In this document: positions 1 to 9,409 of the stretch, one piece after another
How the letters are laid out: each line of letters opens with the position of its first letter
Numbering within the stretch: the first letter of the stretch is position 1
DNA from: Candidatus Omnitrophota bacterium
GTDB lineage: Bacteria; Omnitrophota; Gorgyraeia; Duberdicusellales; 4484-171
Reading direction: 5' to 3'
DNA: 64,000 nt
Assembly (NCBI GenBank): GCA_016935525.1
Contig: JAFGQU010000002.1
Span: 98,560 to 162,559, forward strand
Notes under the pieces: generated by a model
The model's database searches: none
Told to the model about the DNA's origin: nothing
The model's input: only the letters and a program-made list of their open reading frames with translations
Translations under genes and position numbers: made by a program

Positions 1-208
1 GGACTTTAATCGCTCCTCTGGTATAAGGAGGTACTCTTACCGAATACCTCATATCATCCTTTACAACTCCCTTGCTCAAGCCAATATATTCACCGTTTTT
101 ATCAAAAACCGAAGCGAATACATGTATGGTATCTACAGCGTATTGACAAAGGCCTATCTTTCCGGAAATCAATACCCCATACTCTTTCCGGACACATCCT
201 ATTCCCAC
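1..208 (-). CDS. partial ORF running off window start (C-terminus outside), unknown function
   Basis: Open minus-strand frame from about 208 (possible GTG start) to position 1 without a stop. It is absent from the supplied track because it is incomplete. Confidence 0.2.
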   Translation of the reverse strand, partial: MGIGCVRKEYGVLISGKIGLCQYAVDTIHVFASVFDKNGEYIGLSKGVVKDDMRYSVRVPPYTRGAIKV

Positions 209-268
209 TATACACACTATTAAAAAGCAATAAAAATATTTTTTAGTATGTTTCACGTTATCCTCCTG

Positions 269-2371
269 TTATTCGTGAGTGACGATAAAATCAACCGGTT
301 CGTAAATCTGGGCCTGTCCGTATTCCCAGCTTTCTACCAGATCCTCATGTGCATCAAAAGGGATCCGCAGGCAGGTAAGGCTGAGTGCTGGAAATGTATA
401 CAAAAAGGTACGTGCTCTTTCCGATATTTCCTGCCCGGCTACGGTAATTTCACCCGTGAGTTCTTTACCGTTTTTATTTATCACCATCATTATTATATCA
501 CTATCATTTTGGCACGCATAGATGTTGAATGCCCCGGATAATGACGTCGTTACCTTGAGAATACGGCCGTGAAAATAACGGGAAAAAAGATAAAAAGGGT
601 AATAAAGAGGCGTCTTTTGATCGGTATCATCGATAAGCGCAGCGTATTGGTCAGAAGAATTAAGGCAAAACTGAAGAGCATAATCGACCCCGTGAGTCGC
701 GAATATCCCGTAACAATCGGCAAGGTACAATACTTTAAGAATATACGGGTAAGGAATCATGGAATCCGCTTCAACGTTAAATTCGGTAATTGCTAATTCT
801 AATTGCGGATCGATCTCCTCAATCCATGTTCTAAACGCAGGCACTATTGCATTTACTTCATCGTACGGCAAAGACAGATCATATTTATTAGGGTATTCCT
901 GATCCCACCAGTTTCGTGTCGAACACAGCAACTCTTTCAAAGGAACTTTTTTTATATCTCCAAAATCGGCAAAAAAGTGAAAACTAAACACGTCTAAAAT
1001 ACGTACTCCTTCGGGATTCTCCGTGCTATTCTGTTCATAATCCCGGCATTTCTTTATAAAAGAAAGCGCAGCGTTTTCATTTTGGTCATCCCCGGAAAAG
1101 GTCTTCCAGTCTTGATGTGATGTCGAGATGCCGGGGGCGAAGATCTTTATATCCAAAGAAGGATCTATTTCCTGCTGAACCTTTTTTATCATATACGCGA
1201 TCTTTTTGAATGTATTGAAATACTCTTCGACCGCATACGGTTTATCAACCACATCATAATGCACGTTATGCCAGATAAACGGTTCGTTACCGATTTCAAA
1301 AAACCGTACATTATATTTTTTCTCCTGATTAAGATACCGAATAAACGAGGCGACATCCGAAAGCGAGTTTTCTTTAAATACGGTGTCGCCATTCGTTCCG
1401 GTCGTAAAATAGCCCAAGGCATTTATTTGAATAAGCGGTTCCGCTCCCAAGGACCGGCAATAACGGATAAATTCATCAAGTCCGGTCATCAGCTGAGTCT
1501 GATCTGAACCCGGGAAAGAATATGTATTTTCCCGCCAGTCGTAACGGTCCATAAACGGACCGCCGGCACGGATCATTTTAAGATTGAGCGGAATCACTTC
1601 CTTTTTATCGGGAAGATCAAGCCACACCCCCCAATTCACGCCGTATAGATACGGATGTATCATCGGGCCCGCTGATGATACGGGGGGAAGATGTATTTCT
1701 ATCGACGGAGCTCCACGGGGTTGCATGTGACTGGCTATTTGTGTAAAAATATGACGAGGTGGCTTACTGCGTATATCTTCCAGGCTCACTCTTCCGGTTA
1801 CTTTTTTTAAAAATTTCATGTTTTGCACATACATCGTCCCTTTTTCTTGATCGTATCCTTTTTTATGAAAGCCGATTCCTTTTACTCTATCCCATTCGAT
1901 AGAAGGAGAATATCCGGGGTGACGGGGCGCCCAATCCTTCGCTATTTTGAAATCGGAGAATACAAGGCAAAAAGATTGATAGCCAGGAGTAATCATGAAT
2001 TTCGTCTGATAACGTTTAGACAGGCCTGTATTCTTATCTTCGGTGACGACATAACAGTATATTTCCTGAGGGATATCGCTTTTGGCGACTAATTCAATAC
2101 CCTGGTATCCTTCAATATTTCGAGGGTTTTCATACTCAAGATAAAAATCTATTTCCGGCCAGGGCCATAGCTTAGTCGCCCCTAAAGAATATGTCAGTTG
2201 GATACCGTCTTTTTCTTCGATGACCCCTTGAGAGCCGCCTTGGTGCCCTGAATCGGATATGACTTTCCAGGAAGAAAGTTTCCCCAGAGTTACCGGGATG
2301 TCCTGCCGGCCGCCGCAGCCGGAAAGCAGGACAGCAAGGAAAAAGAAACAAACGAAAATTATCCTTTTCAT
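269..2371 (-). CDS. glycoside hydrolase lipoprotein, clan GH-A-like (GH5/GH39-like catalytic domain) with N-terminal beta-sandwich region
   Basis: N-terminal signal peptide with lipobox LLSGC. 'FEIGNEPFIW' matches the clan GH-A acid/base NEP motif. 'AITEFN' is a candidate nucleophile motif. Long unbroken ORF. Confidence 0.5.
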   Translation of the reverse strand: MKRIIFVCFFFLAVLLSGCGGRQDIPVTLGKLSSWKVISDSGHQGGSQGVIEEKDGIQLTYSLGATKLWPWPEIDFYLEYENPRNIEGYQGIELVAKSDIPQEIYCYVVTEDKNTGLSKRYQTKFMITPGYQSFCLVFSDFKIAKDWAPRHPGYSPSIEWDRVKGIGFHKKGYDQEKGTMYVQNMKFLKKVTGRVSLEDIRSKPPRHIFTQIASHMQPRGAPSIEIHLPPVSSAGPMIHPYLYGVNWGVWLDLPDKKEVIPLNLKMIRAGGPFMDRYDWRENTYSFPGSDQTQLMTGLDEFIRYCRSLGAEPLIQINALGYFTTGTNGDTVFKENSLSDVASFIRYLNQEKKYNVRFFEIGNEPFIWHNVHYDVVDKPYAVEEYFNTFKKIAYMIKKVQQEIDPSLDIKIFAPGISTSHQDWKTFSGDDQNENAALSFIKKCRDYEQNSTENPEGVRILDVFSFHFFADFGDIKKVPLKELLCSTRNWWDQEYPNKYDLSLPYDEVNAIVPAFRTWIEEIDPQLELAITEFNVEADSMIPYPYILKVLYLADCYGIFATHGVDYALQFCLNSSDQYAALIDDTDQKTPLYYPFYLFSRYFHGRILKVTTSLSGAFNIYACQNDSDIIMMVINKNGKELTGEITVAGQEISERARTFLYTFPALSLTCLRIPFDAHEDLVESWEYGQAQIYEPVDFIVTHE

Positions 2372-2383
2372 TATTTTACTTAT

Positions 2384-3394
2384 TTATTTCTTGCATGAAA
2401 TCTTCCGCAGGAACAATACGACGACGATAGGGACGCCTGCGGAGATACCGGTCACACCGAACATGGCCAGGGTTACTACCCATGCGGTAGTAATTACCCA
2501 TAGCGGTACGAAAGATAGCGATAATAAAAGCACCGCGGATAACGGAAACACACTCACGATGGAATCCAGCGCATCGAAACAGCTCGCCTGCGACAGGACC
2601 GACATCAGGATAATGCCTGCCGTCACCAGTAAAGGAGCCGAAAAGACACACCAACCAAAACCTCTTCTTTCCGACATGCTTTCGGTATATCGAGAAGATT
2701 CTACACCTAACCGATACAGAAAACTCAATATTATCAGTATTCCTAAAAAACCGTAATCATACATCTCCCGGGGGATATCCCGGCCGATAAAGAGCATCGT
2801 GTACACTCTTGTGAACGGAAGAAGGAAAAATAAATATTTCCAGCCGGTTTTTTTAAAACGAGAACATTCTATGAGGAAATAAGGCGTAAAAAAAGAGATC
2901 GAGAAATAAAACCAGGCACTGAGCGCGAAAGGATGGACGTGTTCAGTCAAGTAACCGGAACCCAACGGATCAAAAAAATGCCATCGCCACCAGTGGCAGC
3001 CCACCGCAGCCTCTTCAATCCCATAGGCAAACGCGGCGACGATCATCGCCGCGACTAATATGAGCGGGAATATTTCCGGTGATGACTTTCTGATCCGATC
3101 AAAAATCCTCTCAGCAAGATGCCAGGAAAGATAGAATACGATCATCCAGCCTATTGCCGTATTTACTATCGCCAGGGACAACGGCATACCGGAAGTATGT
3201 ATAAAAGGAGCCGGATGGGAAAAAACTCCCGGAATGGATATAAAAGACCCGGTTTCTTTTGCCAATCCGAAAAGGAAAGAAGATACAAAAAAACTCACAG
3301 TAAGCCGGCGCCCCCGGAGGCGCCGGGAATGGACAATAAGCAACGGGATACTCAGATACATAACCAGGAAAACAACAAGAATATGAATCGTCAT
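2384..3394 (-). CDS. polytopic membrane protein, paralog 1 of a three-member uncharacterised family in this window
   Basis: Hydrophobic throughout. Shares motifs with 11291..12358 and 12334..13518: 'GWMIVFYLSWHLAE', 'IEEAAVGCHWWRW' and 'YFLIECSRFKK'. Confidence 0.55.
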   Translation of the reverse strand: MTIHILVVFLVMYLSIPLLIVHSRRLRGRRLTVSFFVSSFLFGLAKETGSFISIPGVFSHPAPFIHTSGMPLSLAIVNTAIGWMIVFYLSWHLAERIFDRIRKSSPEIFPLILVAAMIVAAFAYGIEEAAVGCHWWRWHFFDPLGSGYLTEHVHPFALSAWFYFSISFFTPYFLIECSRFKKTGWKYLFFLLPFTRVYTMLFIGRDIPREMYDYGFLGILIILSFLYRLGVESSRYTESMSERRGFGWCVFSAPLLVTAGIILMSVLSQASCFDALDSIVSVFPLSAVLLLSLSFVPLWVITTAWVVTLAMFGVTGISAGVPIVVVLFLRKISCKK

Positions 3395-3464
3395 AGAATA
3401 GCCATCTTTAAAAAACCGCGCGGCAATACCATGGATTTATTCCGCAAGGACCCTGTTTTTTGCA

Positions 3465-4694
3465 CTATTCAATTATATTTTTACTTTTTAAGGATGGTGT
3501 AAGATAAAAAATATTTCCCGAAACAATACTTTCGAGAAACGCTTCGTAATTGACGATGAGTTCTTTCAACGCGTTCTCATCAGTCACCGTGACGGATTTT
3601 TGAGCCATCTTCTTACAATAGGCACATTCAGAACAAACCCGCTGCGCACCGGCATCGTCGTTTAGAAAATGTTCGATGAATCCGTCTAAGGCGCGATTAT
3701 CGATATAAAGCGGCGGAGAAACCATAAGTTCCTTCATTTTGGAAAATCTCAGGACATCTACCTCCAGGGGACGGAAAAAATGCCGTAAGACATGGACCAG
3801 TTTTTTCACCGGGGAAAGATTTTCAAAGACAAAGGTCCGGCTGGGGTCGGAAAACAGATCCAACAGATTTCCGTCGTATCGTCGCCGGGTATAGGCAGCG
3901 ACAGTGCGGACAATATCCCTGGTCGGCATCGTTCTATTTACCAGTTTAAAATTATCTATCCCTATTTCTTCGTACACACCGGTATCTTCCGGACGGATCC
4001 ATCCGGACCGTATAAATTCTTCCGGGTTTTTCAAACGGATATGATTACACATAAGGAAACAATAGTCGACTACGAACCGGTTCCCGCTTTCGTCGGTCTG
4101 AGAGCTATGAGAACTGCTGTTTCCATGGTAAAGCCAGAAAGGACAATTTTTCAAACACTGGAGATTTACTATTAATTGCACTTCGCAAGATACATGATCC
4201 TTTAGTCTTCTCAATAAAAGAAAATTACGGTTGGCCCGGTGGACCGAAAGAGTGATCCTGTCGGCACCCATATCCTGCCAATGCCGCGCTTCCTGGATTG
4301 TATCGATACCGGTTTGAGTTGAAACATACACTTTGAATCTCGGATATCTTTTTTTGATACGCTGGAGGAGGTAGGGATTGGCGACAGTCAATGCGTCAAC
4401 ACCGATATGGTCAAGCCAACCCAGAAGACGCTCGATCTCATATTGCCCTTTCCTTGACCATTCTCTATTCCCCAAACAGGTACTGTTAAGCAGATAGTTA
4501 AAACGTAAACCATATCGATGCGTTTTTTCTACATAGCGCTTCACGGCACGCCGGGAAATGTCCGGTAACGCAAACGAGACTCGTCCTCCCCCGATGATAT
4601 CTTTCGCTAATTTACCGTATATTTCCGCCGCCGCGGTTTTATCGATTTGATCCAGCAATTGAAGGTCCCAATTAGTAGGAATGCTCAGTTGCAT
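3465..4694 (-). CDS. peptidase U32-family (UbiU/RlhA-type TIM-barrel) protein, divergent paralog
   Basis: Aligns with the canonical U32 gene at 8387..9409. 'GVDALTVANPYLLQRIKKR' matches 'GVDAVIISDIGLLRYVREK', 'VYVSTQ' matches 'VHISSC', and 'EVQLIVNLQCLKNCPF' matches 'EIEVFILNERCFYVDGFC'. Has a C-terminal CxxCxxC cluster. Confidence 0.55.
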   Translation of the reverse strand: MQLSIPTNWDLQLLDQIDKTAAAEIYGKLAKDIIGGGRVSFALPDISRRAVKRYVEKTHRYGLRFNYLLNSTCLGNREWSRKGQYEIERLLGWLDHIGVDALTVANPYLLQRIKKRYPRFKVYVSTQTGIDTIQEARHWQDMGADRITLSVHRANRNFLLLRRLKDHVSCEVQLIVNLQCLKNCPFWLYHGNSSSHSSQTDESGNRFVVDYCFLMCNHIRLKNPEEFIRSGWIRPEDTGVYEEIGIDNFKLVNRTMPTRDIVRTVAAYTRRRYDGNLLDLFSDPSRTFVFENLSPVKKLVHVLRHFFRPLEVDVLRFSKMKELMVSPPLYIDNRALDGFIEHFLNDDAGAQRVCSECAYCKKMAQKSVTVTDENALKELIVNYEAFLESIVSGNIFYLTPSLKSKNIIE

Positions 4695-4750
4695 TATCTT
4701 TTCTTCACACTAAAACGCGCCGACGCGATTCGATACCCCACGGAACTATC

Positions 4751-7543
4751 TTATTCTAATAAACGGTTTTTCACAATTATTTTGCTTATCTGCTGTGCGA
4801 ATAGTTTTTGGCCAAAACTCGTAAGATGCATGAAATCCCACCAGAGCGGATTGTCCACATCCTGTTGATCTAACCCAGCTTGGGGCGAAAGCAAAGGCAC
4901 GCGATAACGATGCGCCAGTCCTTCCAGGACCACATGCATAATGGCGGCATGTTTGATATCCGCCTCCTGAGAATTAGGTTCTTTGACAAATACAATATCG
5001 ATCCCGCGTTGCTGGCAGGGAAGAATGAATTTTTCTATAAGAGTCTGACGGAATTTTTCCCGGATGGTCTCTTTGTCCGGCCGGCTATCGGCGCCATGTA
5101 CGCCGGTGAGTCGAAGCCGGGCGCCTATACGATAGACCATCCGCCGGTACCAGGGAAAAGACTGCTTCTTATATGTCTCTCTCGCGTTCAACCAGAAATA
5201 ATAATCGTTGTTCGAAAGATTTAACACAATAACCTTGGGGTTATATTTGTAGAGAAAATTATTAAAAAAATTGCCAAGAAAAAGAGAATTTGCGCCATTG
5301 ATACCGCAGTTGATCACTTTGATATTTTTTCCCCGGGCCGACTGATTAAGATACTCTTCCACATACGCCGCGATGGTATGAGCCCGGTCCACTGCTCCGG
5401 CGCCCCAGGTCTGCGATGAACCCAAAAGCAACACAATATCTTTCCCTTTTATTTCCTCATCATACCCTTCGCCAAAATCATTATTACGTAAAAACGCGGC
5501 CAACCCTTGAGGCGGACGGCAGAGTTCACTGATGTCTTTTTTGAGACGAAAATAGGAAAATACCGTAGGCTGTAGATCTAAAGGGAGATCCGAAACCGGC
5601 TCACGGCCTATCGCAAGGATAAGTATCGTAGCGGCCAGTATGAATATACCGTTACGGATACGGTGTGCCCGTACAAGAAAGAAAACGATTATTGCCAGGC
5701 AGGCGCAATACAACATAAAATAGAAGAATTTATCGTTACAAAGGATATCCCTGAACACGATAGAGAGGATGAAAAAAGGAAACAGCAGAGAAAAAAACAG
5801 GAATACACCGTAAAAAGAGAACTGCCCTTCTTTTGTCCGATAACGGGGAGCAATGCTCACCGCGAACAACATCGTCAGAAAAAGGATTATCCCCAACACA
5901 AACACCGAAGAAATGATTTTTTTCGTTTTTACCCAATCCAGAATATGTATACCCTCAGGCAATTGCCGGACAGATATGTCCGATAACCGAGGGGTGCCGG
6001 CAACCGGAAATAAATAGAACGGACCATCTTCCTTTTCTTCTTCATCGTACCGTTTCCGGTCGACCACAATACCGTCGATCTTCGCCTCTAACATCCCACC
6101 GCTTTTAAAAATATCCAGCCGATACCGTGTCCCTTTTTGTAACGGATATATGGTACGGGGAGATGTATAGTTAAACGAAAAATCGTTATAGGCACCGAAA
6201 TAAGGGGCTATTTCTTCAAAGCCGGAGGGAACATCCGGGTCTGCGCTTAAAATAAACTTGTTATTCCCCATACCCACAAGCAGTTTTGAATATCCGTCCA
6301 ACATACAGAGAGAAGAAAAATGGTACCCCTCTGCCGGCAGCTCGATGCGTTTAGGCCATACCAATTGTATCGGGCCGCGATAAGATTCCGATCGAGATGA
6401 CCCCGGATTCGGACGGTACCTTTTGAATATATTCAGTGAGGTCCCGTTATATATGAATAAAAACACACAACTTAAAAAAAGTACCATATAGAGAATATTC
6501 CGGGGAGAAAAATCGCCCTGGCGGACAAGGGATTTATACCGACTCCCATATACATACGCTGTCACAAATACCAGGCAATAAAGAGAAAAAAACCACAGAG
6601 AAGGGATCCAGACGGTCCCGAAATAGAACAGAGAAAAAACGGTAAACCGTAACGAAGGCCACAGATAGTTGACGAGTAACAGCGTGCTCCCGGCACACAA
6701 TAATACTCTCAACAAAGGCCGGACTATTTCCTGTACCGCTTCCGCCATACGATCTTCCGGCGATTTCCCTCCTATATATATCGCCAGGGATAAGAACAGG
6801 ACATGGATACCGAAACTGATCAAAACCGAATAAAGGAATACTATCGGCACCGGTAACGGTCCCTGGAAATCGTCATGAAAGACAACGAACTCTTTGCTCT
6901 CACTACCGGCATACCTCCCGATAATCTCGACATTATCGATTACTACCGAATGGAGCCCGCTTCTAAACCCGATCCGCCCCAATTCGACAGAAGGTTCGGC
7001 GATTACACCCGCTGGTTGTCCGTCAATATATAATTCAAATTGCCCTTCACGTAATACCACCGAAACCGCGTACCATCGGCCCACTTCCAGCGGAGAATGT
7101 GCTGCATCGATTTTTTTAATATTTTCCATGAACGGAGAGAACCGGATAAAACTCACATTCCGGCTGAGAGAACTACCCAGACGAAACGCGAAGCTTCCTT
7201 GCTCATTCTTTTTGAACAGAAAATATACATAACTTTGAGGGCTTCCTAAATACACATCAAAATTCACCCTGGTGAATCGCAACTGTTCATCCTCGGGAAT
7301 CTTACATTCGATCTGATTAAAACCGTAGAATTTATTGAGTGCTAAATTGTCGTCGACAAGATAATGCAAATACTTAAAGGAATACGTTCCCATTACCGGG
7401 TACGCCAAATGATCTTTCGCAATATCCCAATGCGTATCATCAAAAGCATTGAAGTAAGAATGTAAAAATATATAGGTATTGAGCGAAAACACCAGGACCG
7501 TAGCGAAAAAAAGGACAGCTGAAGAGGTGAAGTGTTTTTTCAT
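4751..7543 (-). CDS. large multi-pass membrane protein with two concanavalin/LamG-like domains and a C-terminal SGNH (GDSL-like) hydrolase domain
   Basis: C-terminal SGNH blocks: 'LLLGSSQTWGAG' (block I), 'CGINGANS' (II/III) and 'WWDFMHLT' (block V DxxH). Two LamG-like segments ('WYAVSVVLREGQFELYIDGQP' and 'GGMLEAKIDGIVVD') are separated by hydrophobic TM clusters. Confidence 0.55.
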   Translation of the reverse strand: MKKHFTSSAVLFFATVLVFSLNTYIFLHSYFNAFDDTHWDIAKDHLAYPVMGTYSFKYLHYLVDDNLALNKFYGFNQIECKIPEDEQLRFTRVNFDVYLGSPQSYVYFLFKKNEQGSFAFRLGSSLSRNVSFIRFSPFMENIKKIDAAHSPLEVGRWYAVSVVLREGQFELYIDGQPAGVIAEPSVELGRIGFRSGLHSVVIDNVEIIGRYAGSESKEFVVFHDDFQGPLPVPIVFLYSVLISFGIHVLFLSLAIYIGGKSPEDRMAEAVQEIVRPLLRVLLCAGSTLLLVNYLWPSLRFTVFSLFYFGTVWIPSLWFFSLYCLVFVTAYVYGSRYKSLVRQGDFSPRNILYMVLFLSCVFLFIYNGTSLNIFKRYRPNPGSSRSESYRGPIQLVWPKRIELPAEGYHFSSLCMLDGYSKLLVGMGNNKFILSADPDVPSGFEEIAPYFGAYNDFSFNYTSPRTIYPLQKGTRYRLDIFKSGGMLEAKIDGIVVDRKRYDEEEKEDGPFYLFPVAGTPRLSDISVRQLPEGIHILDWVKTKKIISSVFVLGIILFLTMLFAVSIAPRYRTKEGQFSFYGVFLFFSLLFPFFILSIVFRDILCNDKFFYFMLYCACLAIIVFFLVRAHRIRNGIFILAATILILAIGREPVSDLPLDLQPTVFSYFRLKKDISELCRPPQGLAAFLRNNDFGEGYDEEIKGKDIVLLLGSSQTWGAGAVDRAHTIAAYVEEYLNQSARGKNIKVINCGINGANSLFLGNFFNNFLYKYNPKVIVLNLSNNDYYFWLNARETYKKQSFPWYRRMVYRIGARLRLTGVHGADSRPDKETIREKFRQTLIEKFILPCQQRGIDIVFVKEPNSQEADIKHAAIMHVVLEGLAHRYRVPLLSPQAGLDQQDVDNPLWWDFMHLTSFGQKLFAQQISKIIVKNRLLE

Positions 7544-7598
7544 TATGGTCTCCGGTCTTTTTCCGAAATAACTTCCCTATTCTTATCGGACATACCGG

Positions 7599-8369
7599 TC
7601 ATGGGTACAAAGTATAGACAATTCTATCGACCGGATGATCTTCTCCGTCATACGCCTCAAAATGAGGGTTTTTATAAAAAAAAGCGTTCTTTCGAATAAA
7701 AATAGGGGTTTCGATATTTTTTATAGCTATGACGATCTCTTCCGGTAAAGACGCCCCGCTCCCCGAAAAGATTTTAAATCTATCCCGGCCGCTAAACAGC
7801 GGATAGCGGGTAAGAGTAAGATACACATCCGGTACATGCAAGGAAAAAGAGAACGGCATCTCATCCAACTGTTCTTTAGCGACCCCCAAAGCGGTATTAC
7901 TCAATTCAATACGTTCAATATGCTGTTCTTTCATAAAGGCGGTAAAATATGTATTTACGGGAATCCGTTGCCATTTTTCGGAAATATTTTTTCCCGGCCG
8001 GCGATGGGTACCTAGCCTTGGATCCGACGGTTGGTGGGTTAAAAGCCGCCCTAAAGAAATTTTTACCCCGCTCTCCCGGCAGAGAGGGAGAAAACCCCAG
8101 TCGTTAAGCACGACTTCTAGGTCCAATCCTTGACAGCCCGATAACAACCGTACTATCCCTGCGTAGGCGTCAACACCTCTATCGGTAAGGAAAGGGGTCA
8201 CTAAGGTCATTCTCAATGCGTGTTGGCTGCAGAAATCCATCAACCGTTTCGTATCATCGACGGAAGGGATGTTTTCATTACAGAATTCATCGCCAAAATA
8301 AATCCGTTGATACCGGTCATCCCAAAGATCACATTGATCGATATGTTGTATATTTAACGCATATTCCAT
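7599..8369 (-). CDS. U32-family protein, short UbiV-like subunit
   Basis: 'RIYFGDEFCNEN' resembles the UbiV N-terminal 'IYLGEAVCSKR' region. It lies immediately downstream (minus-strand sense) of a canonical U32 gene, as in the ubiU-ubiV pair. Start moved to the internal Met (MEYALN) to avoid overlap. Confidence 0.45.
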   Translation of the reverse strand: MEYALNIQHIDQCDLWDDRYQRIYFGDEFCNENIPSVDDTKRLMDFCSQHALRMTLVTPFLTDRGVDAYAGIVRLLSGCQGLDLEVVLNDWGFLPLCRESGVKISLGRLLTHQPSDPRLGTHRRPGKNISEKWQRIPVNTYFTAFMKEQHIERIELSNTALGVAKEQLDEMPFSFSLHVPDVYLTLTRYPLFSGRDRFKIFSGSGASLPEEIVIAIKNIETPIFIRKNAFFYKNPHFEAYDGEDHPVDRIVYTLYP

Positions 8370-8386
8370 AATAAAAACATCATGAT

Positions 8387-9409
8387 TTATCGATAATAAC
8401 AGTATTGATCGCCGCAATACTTGCGGTATTTTTGAGCAAGACCCCGTACCTCAGCAACAAATTCTCCCTGCGGAATATCCTGTTCCGACAAGGCAATCGC
8501 ATCTTTTACGAACCGTATATTCCGAATCCGTTCGGTAAACATTGACCGCCCGCAAATCTTCACATGACTCACTTTTAATTCTTTCAAATCGCGCAAAGCG
8601 CAGGCTCCACAGGCATATAAAAATGACCGGGGATCATTAAAGTATTTTTGTGGTCGAAAAGCCGGTTCTCCCCCATCCTCAATCCCATAGGGGAAACAAC
8701 ACGCATGGTCATGGTTCACTACATACCTGTGCATTACCTGAAGTATTTTTCTGGGAATAACCGCCGCAGCAGATGCCAGCCACATATTGAAATGCCACAG
8801 AACAGTGGCGGCACCTAATCTTTTTGTAATATTCCCATGCTGGAAACGGCAAAACCCGTCCACATAAAAACAACGTTCGTTGAGGATAAAAACTTCGATC
8901 TCCATGCCGCCACCGGCGCAGATAGACCCTATTTCTTCTCTCGTCAGCTGGCGAGGCAGGATAATCCGCGAAGCCCCCATATTTTTATAAAAAGCGCGTG
9001 TGTGGGAATTGAATACGTTCGCGCAGGAACTGATATGTACAGATACATCGTATCCCTTCTCCCGCACATATCGTAAAAGCCCGATATCGCTTATGATAAC
9101 CGCGTCAACGCCGCAGTCATACGCTTGTTTTACCTGCTCCATTGCCGCACACAGCTTGTCGTCATCGTAAAACTCATTGAGCACCAAGCTCAAGGGAATT
9201 TTTAAATCGTGCGCTTTTTTCACTAACCGTCTTAACTGAGAAAAGTCGTTCAGGTTGGAAAACACCTCCGAACGGTGGTTTACGCATCCGGACCCTCTTG
9301 AATCACACCATTCATCCTTGGTGAACACGCCGCAATACAACTCATCGGCGCCGGCGGCAACGAGACTCTCAGCATCCTGCACTCTGTGGATAGGGACAAC
9401 TATATTCAT
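8387..9409 (-). CDS. peptidase U32-family protein (UbiU/RlhA-like, canonical)
   Basis: N-terminal 'GADELYCGV' and 'EIEVFILNERCFYVDGFCRFQHGN' match the U32 signature (E-x-F-x-H-G-x-x-C-x-x-x-x-G-x-C). TIM-barrel-like alternating pattern. Confidence 0.7.
   Translation of the reverse strand: MNIVVPIHRVQDAESLVAAGADELYCGVFTKDEWCDSRGSGCVNHRSEVFSNLNDFSQLRRLVKKAHDLKIPLSLVLNEFYDDDKLCAAMEQVKQAYDCGVDAVIISDIGLLRYVREKGYDVSVHISSCANVFNSHTRAFYKNMGASRIILPRQLTREEIGSICAGGGMEIEVFILNERCFYVDGFCRFQHGNITKRLGAATVLWHFNMWLASAAAVIPRKILQVMHRYVVNHDHACCFPYGIEDGGEPAFRPQKYFNDPRSFLYACGACALRDLKELKVSHVKICGRSMFTERIRNIRFVKDAIALSEQDIPQGEFVAEVRGLAQKYRKYCGDQYCYYR

Noticed and set aside
248-541. Small plus-strand ORFs (for example 248..541, 569..796, 1259..1507, 1823..2092, 2259..2756) overlapping the 700 aa glycoside hydrolase gene
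   Set aside because: They are embedded antisense in a long ORF with strong family motifs and show no motifs of their own. They are typical shadow ORFs. Many other track ORFs inside carB, pyrC, the rSAM genes and others were dismissed for the same reason.
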